64,000 nt of DNA. Origin: Candidatus Pacearchaeota archaeon (GTDB taxonomy: Archaea; Nanobdellota; Nanobdellia; Pacearchaeales; GW2011-AR1). Each line of letters starts with the position of its first letter. The stretch's first letter is position 1. Location of the stretch: contig NZCX01000030.1 of assembly GCA_002688415.1 (NCBI GenBank), positions 1,782 to 65,781 of the forward strand, in the 5' to 3' direction. The notes beneath the pieces were generated by a model, which was given only the letters and a program-made list of their open reading frames with translations, did not search any database and was not told the DNA's origin. A program made the translations under genes and the position numbers. Below are positions 35,992 to 45,328 of the stretch, piece by piece.

Positions 35992-36063
35992 GGTGGAAGG
36001 CGAGAATCGAACTCGCGCCGCACGGACCACAACCATGAATTCTACCATTAAACTACAACCACC
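35992..36063 (-). tRNA. tRNA-His, anticodon GTG, with encoded G-1
   Basis: Reverse complement G-GTGGTTG-TA-GTTT-AATGGTA-GAAT-T-CATGG-TTGTGGT-CCGTG-CGGC-GCGAG-TTCGATT-CTCGC-CTTCCAC-C. G-1 opposite C73 is the His identity element. The acceptor stem has two adjacent U-U mismatches (5:68, 6:67). Confidence 0.75.
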
Positions 36064-36225
36064 ATAAATTTAGTTAGGGAACTAGAATTATAACATTGTA
36101 AGCAATATAGATTTTGAGAAAGAATAGAGTTTAAACTAGGAAGGACCTTACTTCGGACAATGCCGAGAACTCCAAACTAATTTTCTCATAGAATATTTTG
36201 ATTCTGAGGGTATTTAAACTTTATG

Positions 36226-36783
36226 TTATATGTTCACCAAGGGCAACATCTTATGATAGACTTTCGCAGTAATCTTACAATCATCCAAAGCATTATGAGC
36301 CTTAGAATAATCAACCCCAAAATGTTCTGCAATGGTTCCTAATTTTGCGTTCTTGAAAGGATTAACAAGCCCCCGTTTTTTCAACCTTTCCCAAATGTAT
36401 CTCGTATCTTCTTTTTCTTCTGAAAATGGAAGTTCCAATCCTTCATCTTCAAACATAACTCTCAAAAAGTTCTTATCGAAATGCACACAATGTCCTAAAA
36501 TTGGGATTGCAGTAAGTGAATGGACATCAAGAAACTGATTAACTTTTTTGCAGGCGACTTTCGGAAGCATTCCTTGCTTGTGATGTTCATTTATATTAAT
36601 CCTATTAATCTTCATCGCTGTTTTGCTTAGATTATATTCATCATGTTTAACAAAAAGGTGTCTATCGTCGACAAATTGAAGCTTTGAAGGAGAAACGTCT
36701 ATCAAAGACATACCAATTGTTAGGACTTGATGTTGATCAGGATGCAACCCACTGGTTTCAGTATCAATAACTAGTCTCTTCAT
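36226..36783 (-). CDS. DEDDh 3'-5' exonuclease (DnaQ/epsilon-like fold)
   Basis: ExoI LVIDTETSGL, ExoII GHCVHFDKNFL, ExoIII HNALDDC. CTTAAATA (plus 36812-36805) starts 29 nt before the ATG. Confidence 0.8.
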   Translation of the reverse strand: MKRLVIDTETSGLHPDQHQVLTIGMSLIDVSPSKLQFVDDRHLFVKHDEYNLSKTAMKINRININEHHKQGMLPKVACKKVNQFLDVHSLTAIPILGHCVHFDKNFLRVMFEDEGLELPFSEEKEDTRYIWERLKKRGLVNPFKNAKLGTIAEHFGVDYSKAHNALDDCKITAKVYHKMLPLVNI

Positions 36784-36874
36784 GCGGTAATAAATAGCTA
36801 AGAGTATTTAAGTTTTCATATATTTTCATGCGCAAAGTATAAAAAGGAGAATAGCCTTTGATTATTCCTGTTGA

Positions 36875-37318
36875 ATGACGATGATTGAAGAGATTATTAA
36901 AGAGAAAACCAGTGCAGATCACCTTCTGTATGTAAGTTTGAAGTATACGAAGACCGGAGACGTAATTCTGAATCTTCTTTCTAGGTGGAAGAGCTTGATG
37001 GAACTAAGTTTTGACTTCTTAATAGCAGATAAGATTGAAAAAGGAAAAATCCCAAGAGAGCCCGCAAGCCCAAAAGAAAGAATCGAATTTATGAAAAAGT
37101 ATTTCAAAAAACAAATTGCAATTCAAGACGCAATACCATTATATGTTTTTTTCAAAAGAGTTCCAGGACTTCCAAAGTCTCGAGTTGGCGAATTTAGAAA
37201 AAATGTTGCTCTTAATGTAAAGATGCCAAATGAAATAGTTATCATCAATATGGAAAAACTAGCAGAATACTCTGAGGTTCTTGACAGATTCGTAAATGTC
37301 ATTAAAACTTTCGCTTAA
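36875..37318 (+). CDS. Hypothetical protein
   Basis: 147-aa ORF; no motif recognised. Confidence 0.5.
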   Translation: MTMIEEIIKEKTSADHLLYVSLKYTKTGDVILNLLSRWKSLMELSFDFLIADKIEKGKIPREPASPKERIEFMKKYFKKQIAIQDAIPLYVFFKRVPGLPKSRVGEFRKNVALNVKMPNEIVIINMEKLAEYSEVLDRFVNVIKTFA

Positions 37319-38127
37319 ACGCAGTTCATAACTTCACAGAAATTACATAACTCTTTTCTTGCTGGCTCACCACATTTCTTACACATCGCAATTTCCATTT
37401 TATTATTACCTCTCAGCTTAGGTAAAATCTTTTGAAAACCTTCAACAACTTTCAACTTTTGTTTATTATTAAGATCTTTAGTCCAACTCCTTGTCTCAAC
37501 CCGATATGTTCCAAAGGCACAAGGGCATTTCTCATAAAGAATTTTGAAATTATTGCTCTTGGCATATTTTCTGATTTCATCTTCCGGCGTAAAAAACAAG
37601 GGCTTAATCCTTTGCACAAATCCCTCAACAGGCTTGCCACCAGTGGCAGGAGAAGAATTCACTCCCAAAAGCACATTGCCTTTAAGAAAGTTCATTAAAA
37701 CGTTCTGAGCCTCATCGTCAAGATTATGTCCTGTCGCAAGCTTCTTAGCTCCAAGCTTCTTCGCATGTTTATTCAAAATCCACCTTTTAACAGTCCCGCA
37801 AACAGAACATCCAGTTAAATTTTTCTTTTTCTTAACAATAGATTTGATAAAACAAATTCCTTGCCCAAGTTCCTTCTTCAGATCAACAATAGTTAACGGG
37901 ATATCATTTTCCTTACAAAACTTAATCATATTTTCATTATGTGTCTTGGACCACTGTCCCAAATACAGGTCAATCATCAGCCCATGCACATTATAGCCTA
38001 ATTTTTTAAGAATATAGACCAAGCTTGTAGAATCCTTGCCGCCAGACAGGGCCACAACAACCTTTTCTCCTTTCTTGATTAAACCATGATCTTTAATCGT
38101 CTTAGCGATTTGCTTTTCAATATCCAT
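37315..38127 (-). CDS. PP-loop ATPase, tRNA 2-thiolation enzyme (TtuA/Ncs6/TtcA family)
   Basis: PP-loop ALSGGKDS; CSVCGTVKR; GHNLDDEAQNVLMN; C-terminal CKKCGE..CNFC zinc finger. Confidence 0.8.
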   Translation of the reverse strand: MDIEKQIAKTIKDHGLIKKGEKVVVALSGGKDSTSLVYILKKLGYNVHGLMIDLYLGQWSKTHNENMIKFCKENDIPLTIVDLKKELGQGICFIKSIVKKKKNLTGCSVCGTVKRWILNKHAKKLGAKKLATGHNLDDEAQNVLMNFLKGNVLLGVNSSPATGGKPVEGFVQRIKPLFFTPEDEIRKYAKSNNFKILYEKCPCAFGTYRVETRSWTKDLNNKQKLKVVEGFQKILPKLRGNNKMEIAMCKKCGEPARKELCNFCEVMNCV

Positions 38128-38161
38128 AAAATCTAAACAGAATTAAGGGTTTTAAATGTAG

Positions 38162-38602
38162 TTATTCAGACTGTTGCTCAGAATAGGTTCCAACAACATT
38201 CATAGAAGAAATTGTATATGATGAACAGCTAGATTCTTCAAACATGATATATCTTATCTCTCCAAGTGCCTTAAGTGTAAAAACCGCAGGAGAAGGAACA
38301 TCTTTCCATGATTCTTTAACAAACCAAGTTTCTCCATCCTTACTAACTTTTACTTGTCCCCAGCAAGTGTTTCTATCGTCAGTCCATGAAACTTCGATCT
38401 CATCAACGCTAACAAGTTTACCAAGGTCAAAAATCTCAGATTCAGAAACATCTCCACTAAACTCTTCTTGATAATCTTTTGAAAGAATGCCTTCACCTAT
38501 GACATTACCAGTTAAATTAGCAACAAATCCTGTTGCTATCAAATATAGTAATGCGGCAACAAATACAGCTCCAAAAATAGCTACAACAGTCTTCATGTTC
38601 AT
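38162..38602 (-). CDS. Membrane-anchored protein with possible galactose-binding-like (F5/8 type C-like) beta-sandwich
   Basis: N-terminal TM helix TVVAIFGAVFVAALLYLIATGF. The pattern VDEIEVSW...VKVSKDGETWF resembles discoidin-type domains (weak). Palindromic TTTATAAA at 38624-38631 starts 29 nt before the ATG. Confidence 0.5.
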   Translation of the reverse strand: MNMKTVVAIFGAVFVAALLYLIATGFVANLTGNVIGEGILSKDYQEEFSGDVSESEIFDLGKLVSVDEIEVSWTDDRNTCWGQVKVSKDGETWFVKESWKDVPSPAVFTLKALGEIRYIMFEESSCSSYTISSMNVVGTYSEQQSE

Positions 38603-38641
38603 AACTATAAAGGGTCTAGCTTATTTATAAAGTTTTGCGTA

Positions 38642-40111
38642 CTAGAAGCTACTAAAGCCCGTTGCTTCTTGAATTCGGTATTGCCAATATTTTCTTAAAG
38701 AAGTGTCCTTGTATGTTTCGAATTCTGTTGTAAAATGGCCATTCTCATTATTCCAAAGTCTATCAAACAAATAACCTACATCTGTCTCAATCTTTGTTCC
38801 TTCGGGAGATATAATTTTAACATTCATCTCCAAATTGAAGTTTCCGATGTTTCTCTTTGTCAAGTTGGCAGAACCAAGAAGGATAATTACGCTACCATCA
38901 GCTTTTCTTATTACAACTATCTTGCTATGCTGCTGTTCCCCATTTGTGTCATACCATCTTACGTTAATTTTACCATCAGATTTCTTCACAAGCTCCCAAG
39001 CAACCTGCCTATTCGGAATTCCAGATTTCTCTCTTGCAAATGCGTCCTTATTGGGATCAAGAATAAGCTCTATCTCAACACCCCTCTCACTTGCCTCCAA
39101 TAGAGCATTTACAATTTTCCTGTCAGAGAGATAAAACATAATCATCTCAATCTTATCGCCCTCAGCGCTATCTCCGATCTCTTCCAAAAGACTATCCCTA
39201 ATCTTCTCTTCCGTTAATAGTTGGACCTGTATGTTCCCGGTTGTTACGTCAGCATCTAAATCCCCGAGTATATTATCAACGGTCCCATAATCACTAGAGA
39301 AACGCTCAACAGCAGATTCTGCCATCAAAACATCCTCACCGAGAGAACCATAGACCTTAACACCAACATTTGAATGTTTAGAGCTTGCTTCATGAGGATT
39401 GGCGGAAGTTACAATACTAACAATTCTATCCCCCTGGTCTGCAACAATAACTTTTCTATGGTTTGCCTTTGTATTCATTAGTTTAAGAAAACTCCTTAGG
39501 GTAACCTTTTGCCCAATATTACCAAGAGGATGTGATATCCAACCATCACCACCAGTCCCAAACCATTGTAAATAAGCTCTCCAAAACCCAGAATAGATTA
39601 AGTTGACATCCCTAAGGGCATTCAACTCAGTAACAACCACGGAAATATTATTCTCTCTCAATTCAATGAGTTCATCTGAAGTATAGGATCCATAGAAATT
39701 ATTTATGGGATCTGTAATAAAAACAATCTCAATTGCGGGATTATCAATCTTCTTTTCAATCAAGAGATTCTTCATATCTGTTGTTAAATTCTTATAGCGA
39801 ACCTTCTCGGAGTAATCTGTATTGAACAAGAACATATCGATTACAATAAAATCCTCCGCCATGTCAATAACCCTAAAAACCTCGTCAAAGATCTCTTGTT
39901 CAATTACAGATTCATTATCTCTAACGTAATTTAAGTCATAAAGGAACTCAATATCATCATCTGAAACATTGTAAACAGAACCTTCAATGCTGATCCCCTC
40001 AGGGAGGACCTTAAATTTTGCATAGAATCCCACAATAAGCCAAATGATCAGGAACGCATAAAAAACATACAGAGCAATCCTTTTTTTAGAAATCTTCACA
40101 CTCTTTCCCAT
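38642..40111 (-). CDS. Phospholipase D superfamily protein (two HKD motifs; cardiolipin synthase-like), N-terminal TM anchor
   Basis: HKD-1 HRKVIVAD; HKD-2 HSKIVVIRKADGSVIILLGSANLTKRN; N-terminal hydrophobic helix. Confidence 0.8.
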   Translation of the reverse strand: MGKSVKISKKRIALYVFYAFLIIWLIVGFYAKFKVLPEGISIEGSVYNVSDDDIEFLYDLNYVRDNESVIEQEIFDEVFRVIDMAEDFIVIDMFLFNTDYSEKVRYKNLTTDMKNLLIEKKIDNPAIEIVFITDPINNFYGSYTSDELIELRENNISVVVTELNALRDVNLIYSGFWRAYLQWFGTGGDGWISHPLGNIGQKVTLRSFLKLMNTKANHRKVIVADQGDRIVSIVTSANPHEASSKHSNVGVKVYGSLGEDVLMAESAVERFSSDYGTVDNILGDLDADVTTGNIQVQLLTEEKIRDSLLEEIGDSAEGDKIEMIMFYLSDRKIVNALLEASERGVEIELILDPNKDAFAREKSGIPNRQVAWELVKKSDGKINVRWYDTNGEQQHSKIVVIRKADGSVIILLGSANLTKRNIGNFNLEMNVKIISPEGTKIETDVGYLFDRLWNNENGHFTTEFETYKDTSLRKYWQYRIQEATGFSSF

Positions 40112-40182
40112 GCTTAAAAAAGCAAACCCCTATATAAAACTCTTTTGCCAATATTTATAAACATCTTTCTCTCTAATTAAAT

Positions 40183-40746
40183 ATGGATTTGAGCAAGGCG
40201 ATTAAAACAAGAAAGAGTGTGAGATATTTTTCTCCCAAGAAAGCAGATTGGAGAAAGATCCTACAGGCAATTGATTACGCTAGGTTTGCACCTGCTGCAG
40301 ATAATATTTTTGTAAACAAGTTTATTCTTGTTAGTGATAAAAAATTAATTGAAAGAATTGCAGGAGCAGCACAACAATCATTTATAGAAGAAGCAAGCTA
40401 TGTCGTTGTGGTTACTTCAAATCCCTCAGAGTTAGTAAGGCGATACAAAGAAAGAGGAGAAAGATGGGTTGCGCAGCAGACAGGGGCAGCAATTGAGAAC
40501 TTCCTTCTGGCTCTTAACGAAAGAGGATTGGCATCAGGATGGATCGGGCATTTCTCTGATAATATTGTAAAAGACGCATTGGGAATACCAGATGAAATTA
40601 CAGTTGAAGCTGTCTTCCCAGTGGGAAAGGAATCAAGGGCTAAAAAATCAAGGATTTCTCCTCCTCAAGACCTTGAGAACACAGTTTACTTTGACGCATG
40701 GGGAGAATACGAAATGACAGCTGAGCCAATTGTAAAACAAAGATAA
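40183..40746 (+). CDS. Nitroreductase-family flavoprotein
   Basis: IKTRKSVRYF N-terminus and overall 187-aa size are typical. TTTATAAA at 40154-40161 starts 29 nt before the ATG. Confidence 0.7.
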   Translation: MDLSKAIKTRKSVRYFSPKKADWRKILQAIDYARFAPAADNIFVNKFILVSDKKLIERIAGAAQQSFIEEASYVVVVTSNPSELVRRYKERGERWVAQQTGAAIENFLLALNERGLASGWIGHFSDNIVKDALGIPDEITVEAVFPVGKESRAKKSRISPPQDLENTVYFDAWGEYEMTAEPIVKQR

Positions 40747-40809
40747 TTTCTAAAAAAATAAAAAAGGGATAAAATCCCAAAATAAAATATGGCTCTTTGG
40801 CCGGCGTGT

Positions 40810-41892
40810 TTAACTTAGATCATCTAAACCTAAATCGTTTACACTAACTTGGTTGTCTTCTTCAAACATTGAACCCTTATTCCTTCCTAGAATGTATGGT
40901 GACTTAACACCAGTCATAATTGTAATGACTCTTACTCTTCCTTGGAATTCCTTGTTAACTCTCGCACCGATCATAACTTGAGCTTCTGGGCTCAAATTCT
41001 CAGTTACAAGACGTCCAATTGTATCGAATTCTTCAAGTTTTAAGTCTGGTCCGCAAGTTACGTGGATCAGTGCTCCTGTAGCTCCCTTATAATCCACATC
41101 CAATAGTGGGTGTGTTAGGGCCTGCTGAACAGCAGCGTCTACCTTTGCGTTTGAATTGTCTTCACCAATACCGATCACAGCAACATCTCCTCCTTTCATA
41201 ATGGAAGAAACATCAGCATAATCTAAGTTGATTAAAGAAGGTAATGTGATTGTCTCAACAATACCTTTAATCATAGTGGAAACTAATTCATTTGCAACTG
41301 CGAAAGCTTGTTCCATAGGTAACTGTCCTGCAATATCAACTAATCGATTATTGTCCAGAACAATTACTGTATCAACAGCTTCTCTTAATTCTTGAAGTCC
41401 AAATTCTGCACGGTCAATTCTAGCTTTTTCAGCCTCGAAAGGCATTGTGTATACCGCAATTACTACCGCGCCTGTTTCTTTAGCTAATTGAGCTATAACA
41501 GGTGCGCAACCAGTTCCGGTTCCTCCTCCTCCACCAGCCAGAACAAAAACCATATCCGAATTCGCTACAGCTTTTTTCAGGTCAGTTAAGGACTCTTTTG
41601 CGGCTTCTTTACCTTTTCGTGGGGCTCCTCCAGCACCTAAACCTTTTGTAAGTTCCTTACCGATAAGGATCTTCTCGTCGGTCTTAGTGATAGATAAATG
41701 CAATGCGTCGGTATTTACACCATAAACAGTTGCACCATTAATCCCTTTGTTGAAAAGCCATGTTGCCATGTTACAACCACATCCACCGCAACCAAAAACT
41801 TTAATGTTAGCCTTTCCGGCTTTCAATTCACTAAAGTTTATGCTATTAGCGTCCGCAGTTTCTATTGCTTCTTTTGCAAAATCAAGTGGCAT
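40810..41892 (-). CDS. ftsZ: Cell division GTPase FtsZ
   Basis: IKVFGCGGCGCN and the tubulin signature LAGGGGGTGTG; T7-loop region NLDYADV. Confidence 0.95.
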   Translation of the reverse strand: MPLDFAKEAIETADANSINFSELKAGKANIKVFGCGGCGCNMATWLFNKGINGATVYGVNTDALHLSITKTDEKILIGKELTKGLGAGGAPRKGKEAAKESLTDLKKAVANSDMVFVLAGGGGGTGTGCAPVIAQLAKETGAVVIAVYTMPFEAEKARIDRAEFGLQELREAVDTVIVLDNNRLVDIAGQLPMEQAFAVANELVSTMIKGIVETITLPSLINLDYADVSSIMKGGDVAVIGIGEDNSNAKVDAAVQQALTHPLLDVDYKGATGALIHVTCGPDLKLEEFDTIGRLVTENLSPEAQVMIGARVNKEFQGRVRVITIMTGVKSPYILGRNKGSMFEEDNQVSVNDLGLDDLS

Positions 41893-42010
41893 CCTCTTTA
41901 TATTAATAACCTCCTTTCAATTATCATACAATTTAAGAGTGCCCTCTGTTTAAAAATATATATGTGATGAGAAGGATATTTTCAAGGAGAATGATTTGTT
42001 TAGATAGCTC

Positions 42011-42562
42011 TTAAAATTTCATCCACGGTGCAACTACAATCCATATATTAATCAAAAACACATCTAATTTTTCTATCAATCCAAATTTTTTAAACTTCCC
42101 ATCCCGATATATTTTTTGAGTCCAACATATAACAGGAAAAAGCAGAAGGTTCAAGGTTCCAATTACAAGATGGAAATAGTTTCCTCTTGTTATTATGGAG
42201 TACGAGATAAGACCAATAGGAAATGCTAAAAATACCAATATAGCACCAAAGTCATGGAGCATTATTTGCATTGGAGGACCCCTAAGCCTTACAATTCCAA
42301 CAAGAATAACCCCAAGTCCAGTTAGTAGGATGAAAAAAGAAGGAATGTTGTAGCCAGACAACCAGAACTTGTAGGCCATAATCAATTCGCTAACTCCCGC
42401 AATGATAAATGCAGAGGTCATCAAAAAGCTCTTCTTTCCGAGAGCAGCATCGCTCAATGCATCCCTTTCAAATTTATATCCCCTCTTTACAAAGTGAATA
42501 AGGACACTTATAACAAAGAAATAAACTGCACACAAGAAAGCAACAAAATACAACCACTCCAT
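42011..42562 (-). CDS. Integral membrane protein, unknown function
   Basis: 183 aa with about 6 hydrophobic segments. CTTAAAAG (plus 42591-42584) starts 29 nt before the ATG. Confidence 0.6.
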   Translation of the reverse strand: MEWLYFVAFLCAVYFFVISVLIHFVKRGYKFERDALSDAALGKKSFLMTSAFIIAGVSELIMAYKFWLSGYNIPSFFILLTGLGVILVGIVRLRGPPMQIMLHDFGAILVFLAFPIGLISYSIITRGNYFHLVIGTLNLLLFPVICWTQKIYRDGKFKKFGLIEKLDVFLINIWIVVAPWMKF

Positions 42563-42579
42563 AAAGCCTTTAGAGAAAA

Positions 42580-43590
42580 TTAGCTTTTAAGTTTTTTGGA
42601 ATACTCTCTGAGATTTTGCTTGAACTTTTTAAGGTCTTTTTTTTGTATGGTTGCCCCAGACGCCTTATCGTGACCACCGGCTGAAGATTTTTTAAGGTTT
42701 TTAGTACATTCTTTTAAAAGATCATTCATCTTTACCTTCCCCGTCTGGTTTCTTGCAGATAAGGAAATTATGTCTTTTGACTTTGGGCAGGCGAAAACAA
42801 AAGTTTTCTTTGGACTTTTGAAACTTAGCTCTGTTATCACAGCAGACTTTATTGGGTACCTTGGATAAAACGGATAATAGGTAACTTTCCCTACCATTTC
42901 TTTCTTTTTCTTAAACCCCCTCAGATTTCTTTCTATCTCACTTCCTACTTTTTTATCATACTTATCAAGTCTTGCAAGATCTTTAAGGGTTCTTATCTTT
43001 TTTAGGATATTAAAGACTTTTCTAGGGTTTTTGTGGAAGTAGATTCCAGTTCTTACAATCCTATAATTGACTCTTCTAAAGAATTCGTCCAATGACAACC
43101 CATTTGACCTTGCATATTTCAGAATCTGCTTTCTATTCTCTGGCTTTTGAGATCCAACATCTGCCGAAAGAGCCATAGCCTTTAATAACTCTGTTCCCCC
43201 AATAAGCTTAAACACAGTTTCAGCTGAAGAGATCTCTGATTTTGTTTTTAATTCAAGAACATTTCTAGGAAAGTTGTCATCAGAGGGGTGGTGGTCTGTA
43301 TAAAAAACCTTTTTACCCTTAAAGACCCAAGACTCTTTAACAAAAACATTTGAACCAAGATCAACAATCAGGATTTTATCAAATCTTTCCAGTCCAAATT
43401 TCCTGAAGGAAGAAATTCCCCTCACGAATCCAAATGTCTTAGGTCTTACGCCATTCTTTTTACAAAAATTATATAGAAGAATTGCAGCAGTATAGCCATC
43501 AAGATCGGTGTCATGAATAATGGCAACCTTGTCTTTCTTTGAAATAGAATTCAAGAATACCTTCGCTTGCTTGTTGTTTATTTTTGTCAT
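42580..43590 (-). CDS. DHH/DHHA1 phosphoesterase (NrnA/RecJ-like)
   Basis: Motif I IIHDTDLDG, motif III YTDHHPS, DHHA1 GGHDKASG. Confidence 0.8.
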   Translation of the reverse strand: MTKINNKQAKVFLNSISKKDKVAIIHDTDLDGYTAAILLYNFCKKNGVRPKTFGFVRGISSFRKFGLERFDKILIVDLGSNVFVKESWVFKGKKVFYTDHHPSDDNFPRNVLELKTKSEISSAETVFKLIGGTELLKAMALSADVGSQKPENRKQILKYARSNGLSLDEFFRRVNYRIVRTGIYFHKNPRKVFNILKKIRTLKDLARLDKYDKKVGSEIERNLRGFKKKKEMVGKVTYYPFYPRYPIKSAVITELSFKSPKKTFVFACPKSKDIISLSARNQTGKVKMNDLLKECTKNLKKSSAGGHDKASGATIQKKDLKKFKQNLREYSKKLKS

Positions 43591-43611
43591 GTCTGAGTAA
43601 GTTCGGCAAGG

Positions 43612-43619
43612 TTTAAATA
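43612..43619. promoter_or_regulatory. Single shared TATA element serving two divergent leaderless genes
   Basis: TTTAAATA (reverse complement TATTTAAA). Its start is 29 nt from ATG 43641 on the plus strand and, read on the minus strand, 29 nt from ATG 43590. Confidence 0.5.
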
Positions 43620-43634
43620 GTTGTCTCTATTGAA

Positions 43635-44675
43635 ATGTCTATGGGGGTAGAGTTATTGGACCGACGAGTAGCGGAGTGTGTTGGTCTGTGGTTGGCAGAG
43701 GGAGATAATAAAACTCGTATGGAAATTACGTTCACTAACAATTGTTGGCCACTTATAGACCACTTCTTTAAGACTATCAAGAAGATCTTTAATATAGAAA
43801 ATTTCAGGTTTAGAATTTATACCTATACTCCTAATGGCTCAAAAGTGCAGATTCCGATTAAAGGAATTAGGAAAAGGTATTATTTACACAAGAGAGCCAC
43901 AAAACCATATTTTATACTTAGGTTGGCCTCTGTTGAGATTGTTAAGGAATGGAAGAAAATCGTAAGAGATACCCTTGCTAATAAGGATTTTTCACCCTAT
44001 GTTTTAAGAGGATTCTTCGCAGGTGAAGGGAATATACATTCAGGAGCACATAATAATCGAGTTTTAAGAATTGCACAGGGAATTAGGAAAAAGTATATTG
44101 AAGATCTTCTAAACCAAATAGGAATTACAAAATACTCTTTTTATGCTCCTAAAAGATATTACCTGATTTGGAATAAGAAAAACTGGGACATCTTTGCTAA
44201 ATTGAAAATTGCAGACCTACATCCAGACAAAAAAGAGAGATTTTGGAGATTATATAGCTCATTCAAGGAAGAACATTACTCTCCGAATTATCTTATAGAA
44301 GAAGTTTATAAGAATCTAAATTCACCAAAAACCACAAGAGAATTAGCAAAAATTTACAAGAGATCTTTTGCTAGGCTTCAAGATGTTGTAATTCTTTTGA
44401 AAAAACAGGGAAGAATTTCCAATTTTCAGATTGGTAGCGTAAGTTATTGGACAAAAGACGAAAATGAGTTAATCATTTCTAAGATAAAGAAGAAATATCT
44501 TGAATTTTCTAAGTCTCCAAGATTAACATTTGAGTTTTCAAAAAAGTTTAAAGTTGATTGGCAGTCCTCTAACAGAAGACTTAAAGAGCTAGAAAAATTA
44601 GAATTAGTTAGGAGGAGAGAAGATAAAAAATGGATAAAGACGCAAGCAAAGAAAAAAATAACTGTAATTGGATGA
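43635..44675 (+). CDS. LAGLIDADG-type endonuclease-like protein with C-terminal wHTH-like region (346 aa)
   Basis: Motifs AECVGLWLAEGDN and YVLRGFFAGEGNI. C-terminal ...RRLKELEKLELVRRREDKKW looks wHTH-like. The likely true start is ATG 43641 by TATA spacing. The stop overlaps the rnhB start (ATGA). Confidence 0.65.
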   Translation: MSMGVELLDRRVAECVGLWLAEGDNKTRMEITFTNNCWPLIDHFFKTIKKIFNIENFRFRIYTYTPNGSKVQIPIKGIRKRYYLHKRATKPYFILRLASVEIVKEWKKIVRDTLANKDFSPYVLRGFFAGEGNIHSGAHNNRVLRIAQGIRKKYIEDLLNQIGITKYSFYAPKRYYLIWNKKNWDIFAKLKIADLHPDKKERFWRLYSSFKEEHYSPNYLIEEVYKNLNSPKTTRELAKIYKRSFARLQDVVILLKKQGRISNFQIGSVSYWTKDENELIISKIKKKYLEFSKSPRLTFEFSKKFKVDWQSSNRRLKELEKLELVRRREDKKWIKTQAKKKITVIG

Positions 44676-45328
44676 TTGGAGTGGACGACAGCGGTCGTGG
44701 CCCCGTCCTTGGGCCAATGACCTTGGCAGGAGTACTTATCAAAGGAGAAGCTGAACAGGAGACCATAAGGGAGATGGGTGCTAAAGACTCAAAGCTTCTA
44801 ACCCCCTATATAAGAAAGCAAATTGGCGAGCAAGTAAAATTCAAGTACAAATACAAGATAGAAAACGCAGACCCAAAAGAGATCGATGATTTTCCAAATT
44901 TAAACAATCTAGAGGCAGTAAAGGCAGGTCTAATTATTAACTATCTCATGAAAGATATTGATGAAAAGGTAAAAGTTATTGTTGATGCTCCAAGCATAAA
45001 TGCAAAAGCCTGGGGAGAATACCTAATGCAGACTATCGTTAAAAAAGACCAAGTAGAACTTTTCTCAGAACATAAAGCAGACCTAAACTGGCCAGTTGTT
45101 TCCGCTGCATCTATAATCGCGAAAGAGAACAGAGAAGAAAACATAAAAAAACTGAAGAAAGAACTTGGCGTGAACTTCGGCAGCGGATACCCAAGTGACC
45201 CAAAAACAAAAGAATTCTTACAAGAAAACTGGAACAATCCAAAGTTTGATGAGCTAATCAGAAAGACCTGGAGCACATACAAGAAGATAGCAGAAAAAGA
45301 AAAACAACAAGAGCTTTATCTATTGTAA
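44672..45328 (+). CDS. rnhB: Ribonuclease HII
   Basis: MIGVDDSGRGPVLGPM (catalytic D-x-x-G-R-G-P), AKDSK, DAPS, ASIIAK. Start set at Met15 of the track ORF, giving a 4-nt ATGA overlap with the upstream gene. Confidence 0.9.
   Translation: MIGVDDSGRGPVLGPMTLAGVLIKGEAEQETIREMGAKDSKLLTPYIRKQIGEQVKFKYKYKIENADPKEIDDFPNLNNLEAVKAGLIINYLMKDIDEKVKVIVDAPSINAKAWGEYLMQTIVKKDQVELFSEHKADLNWPVVSAASIIAKENREENIKKLKKELGVNFGSGYPSDPKTKEFLQENWNNPKFDELIRKTWSTYKKIAEKEKQQELYLL

Noticed and set aside
44630-44671. Extended RNase HII start (MDKDASKEKNNCNW...)
   Set aside because: The conserved RNase HII N-terminus begins at MIGVDDSGRGP. The ATG at 44672 forms an ATGA overlap with the upstream stop, and the extension lies inside the upstream gene.
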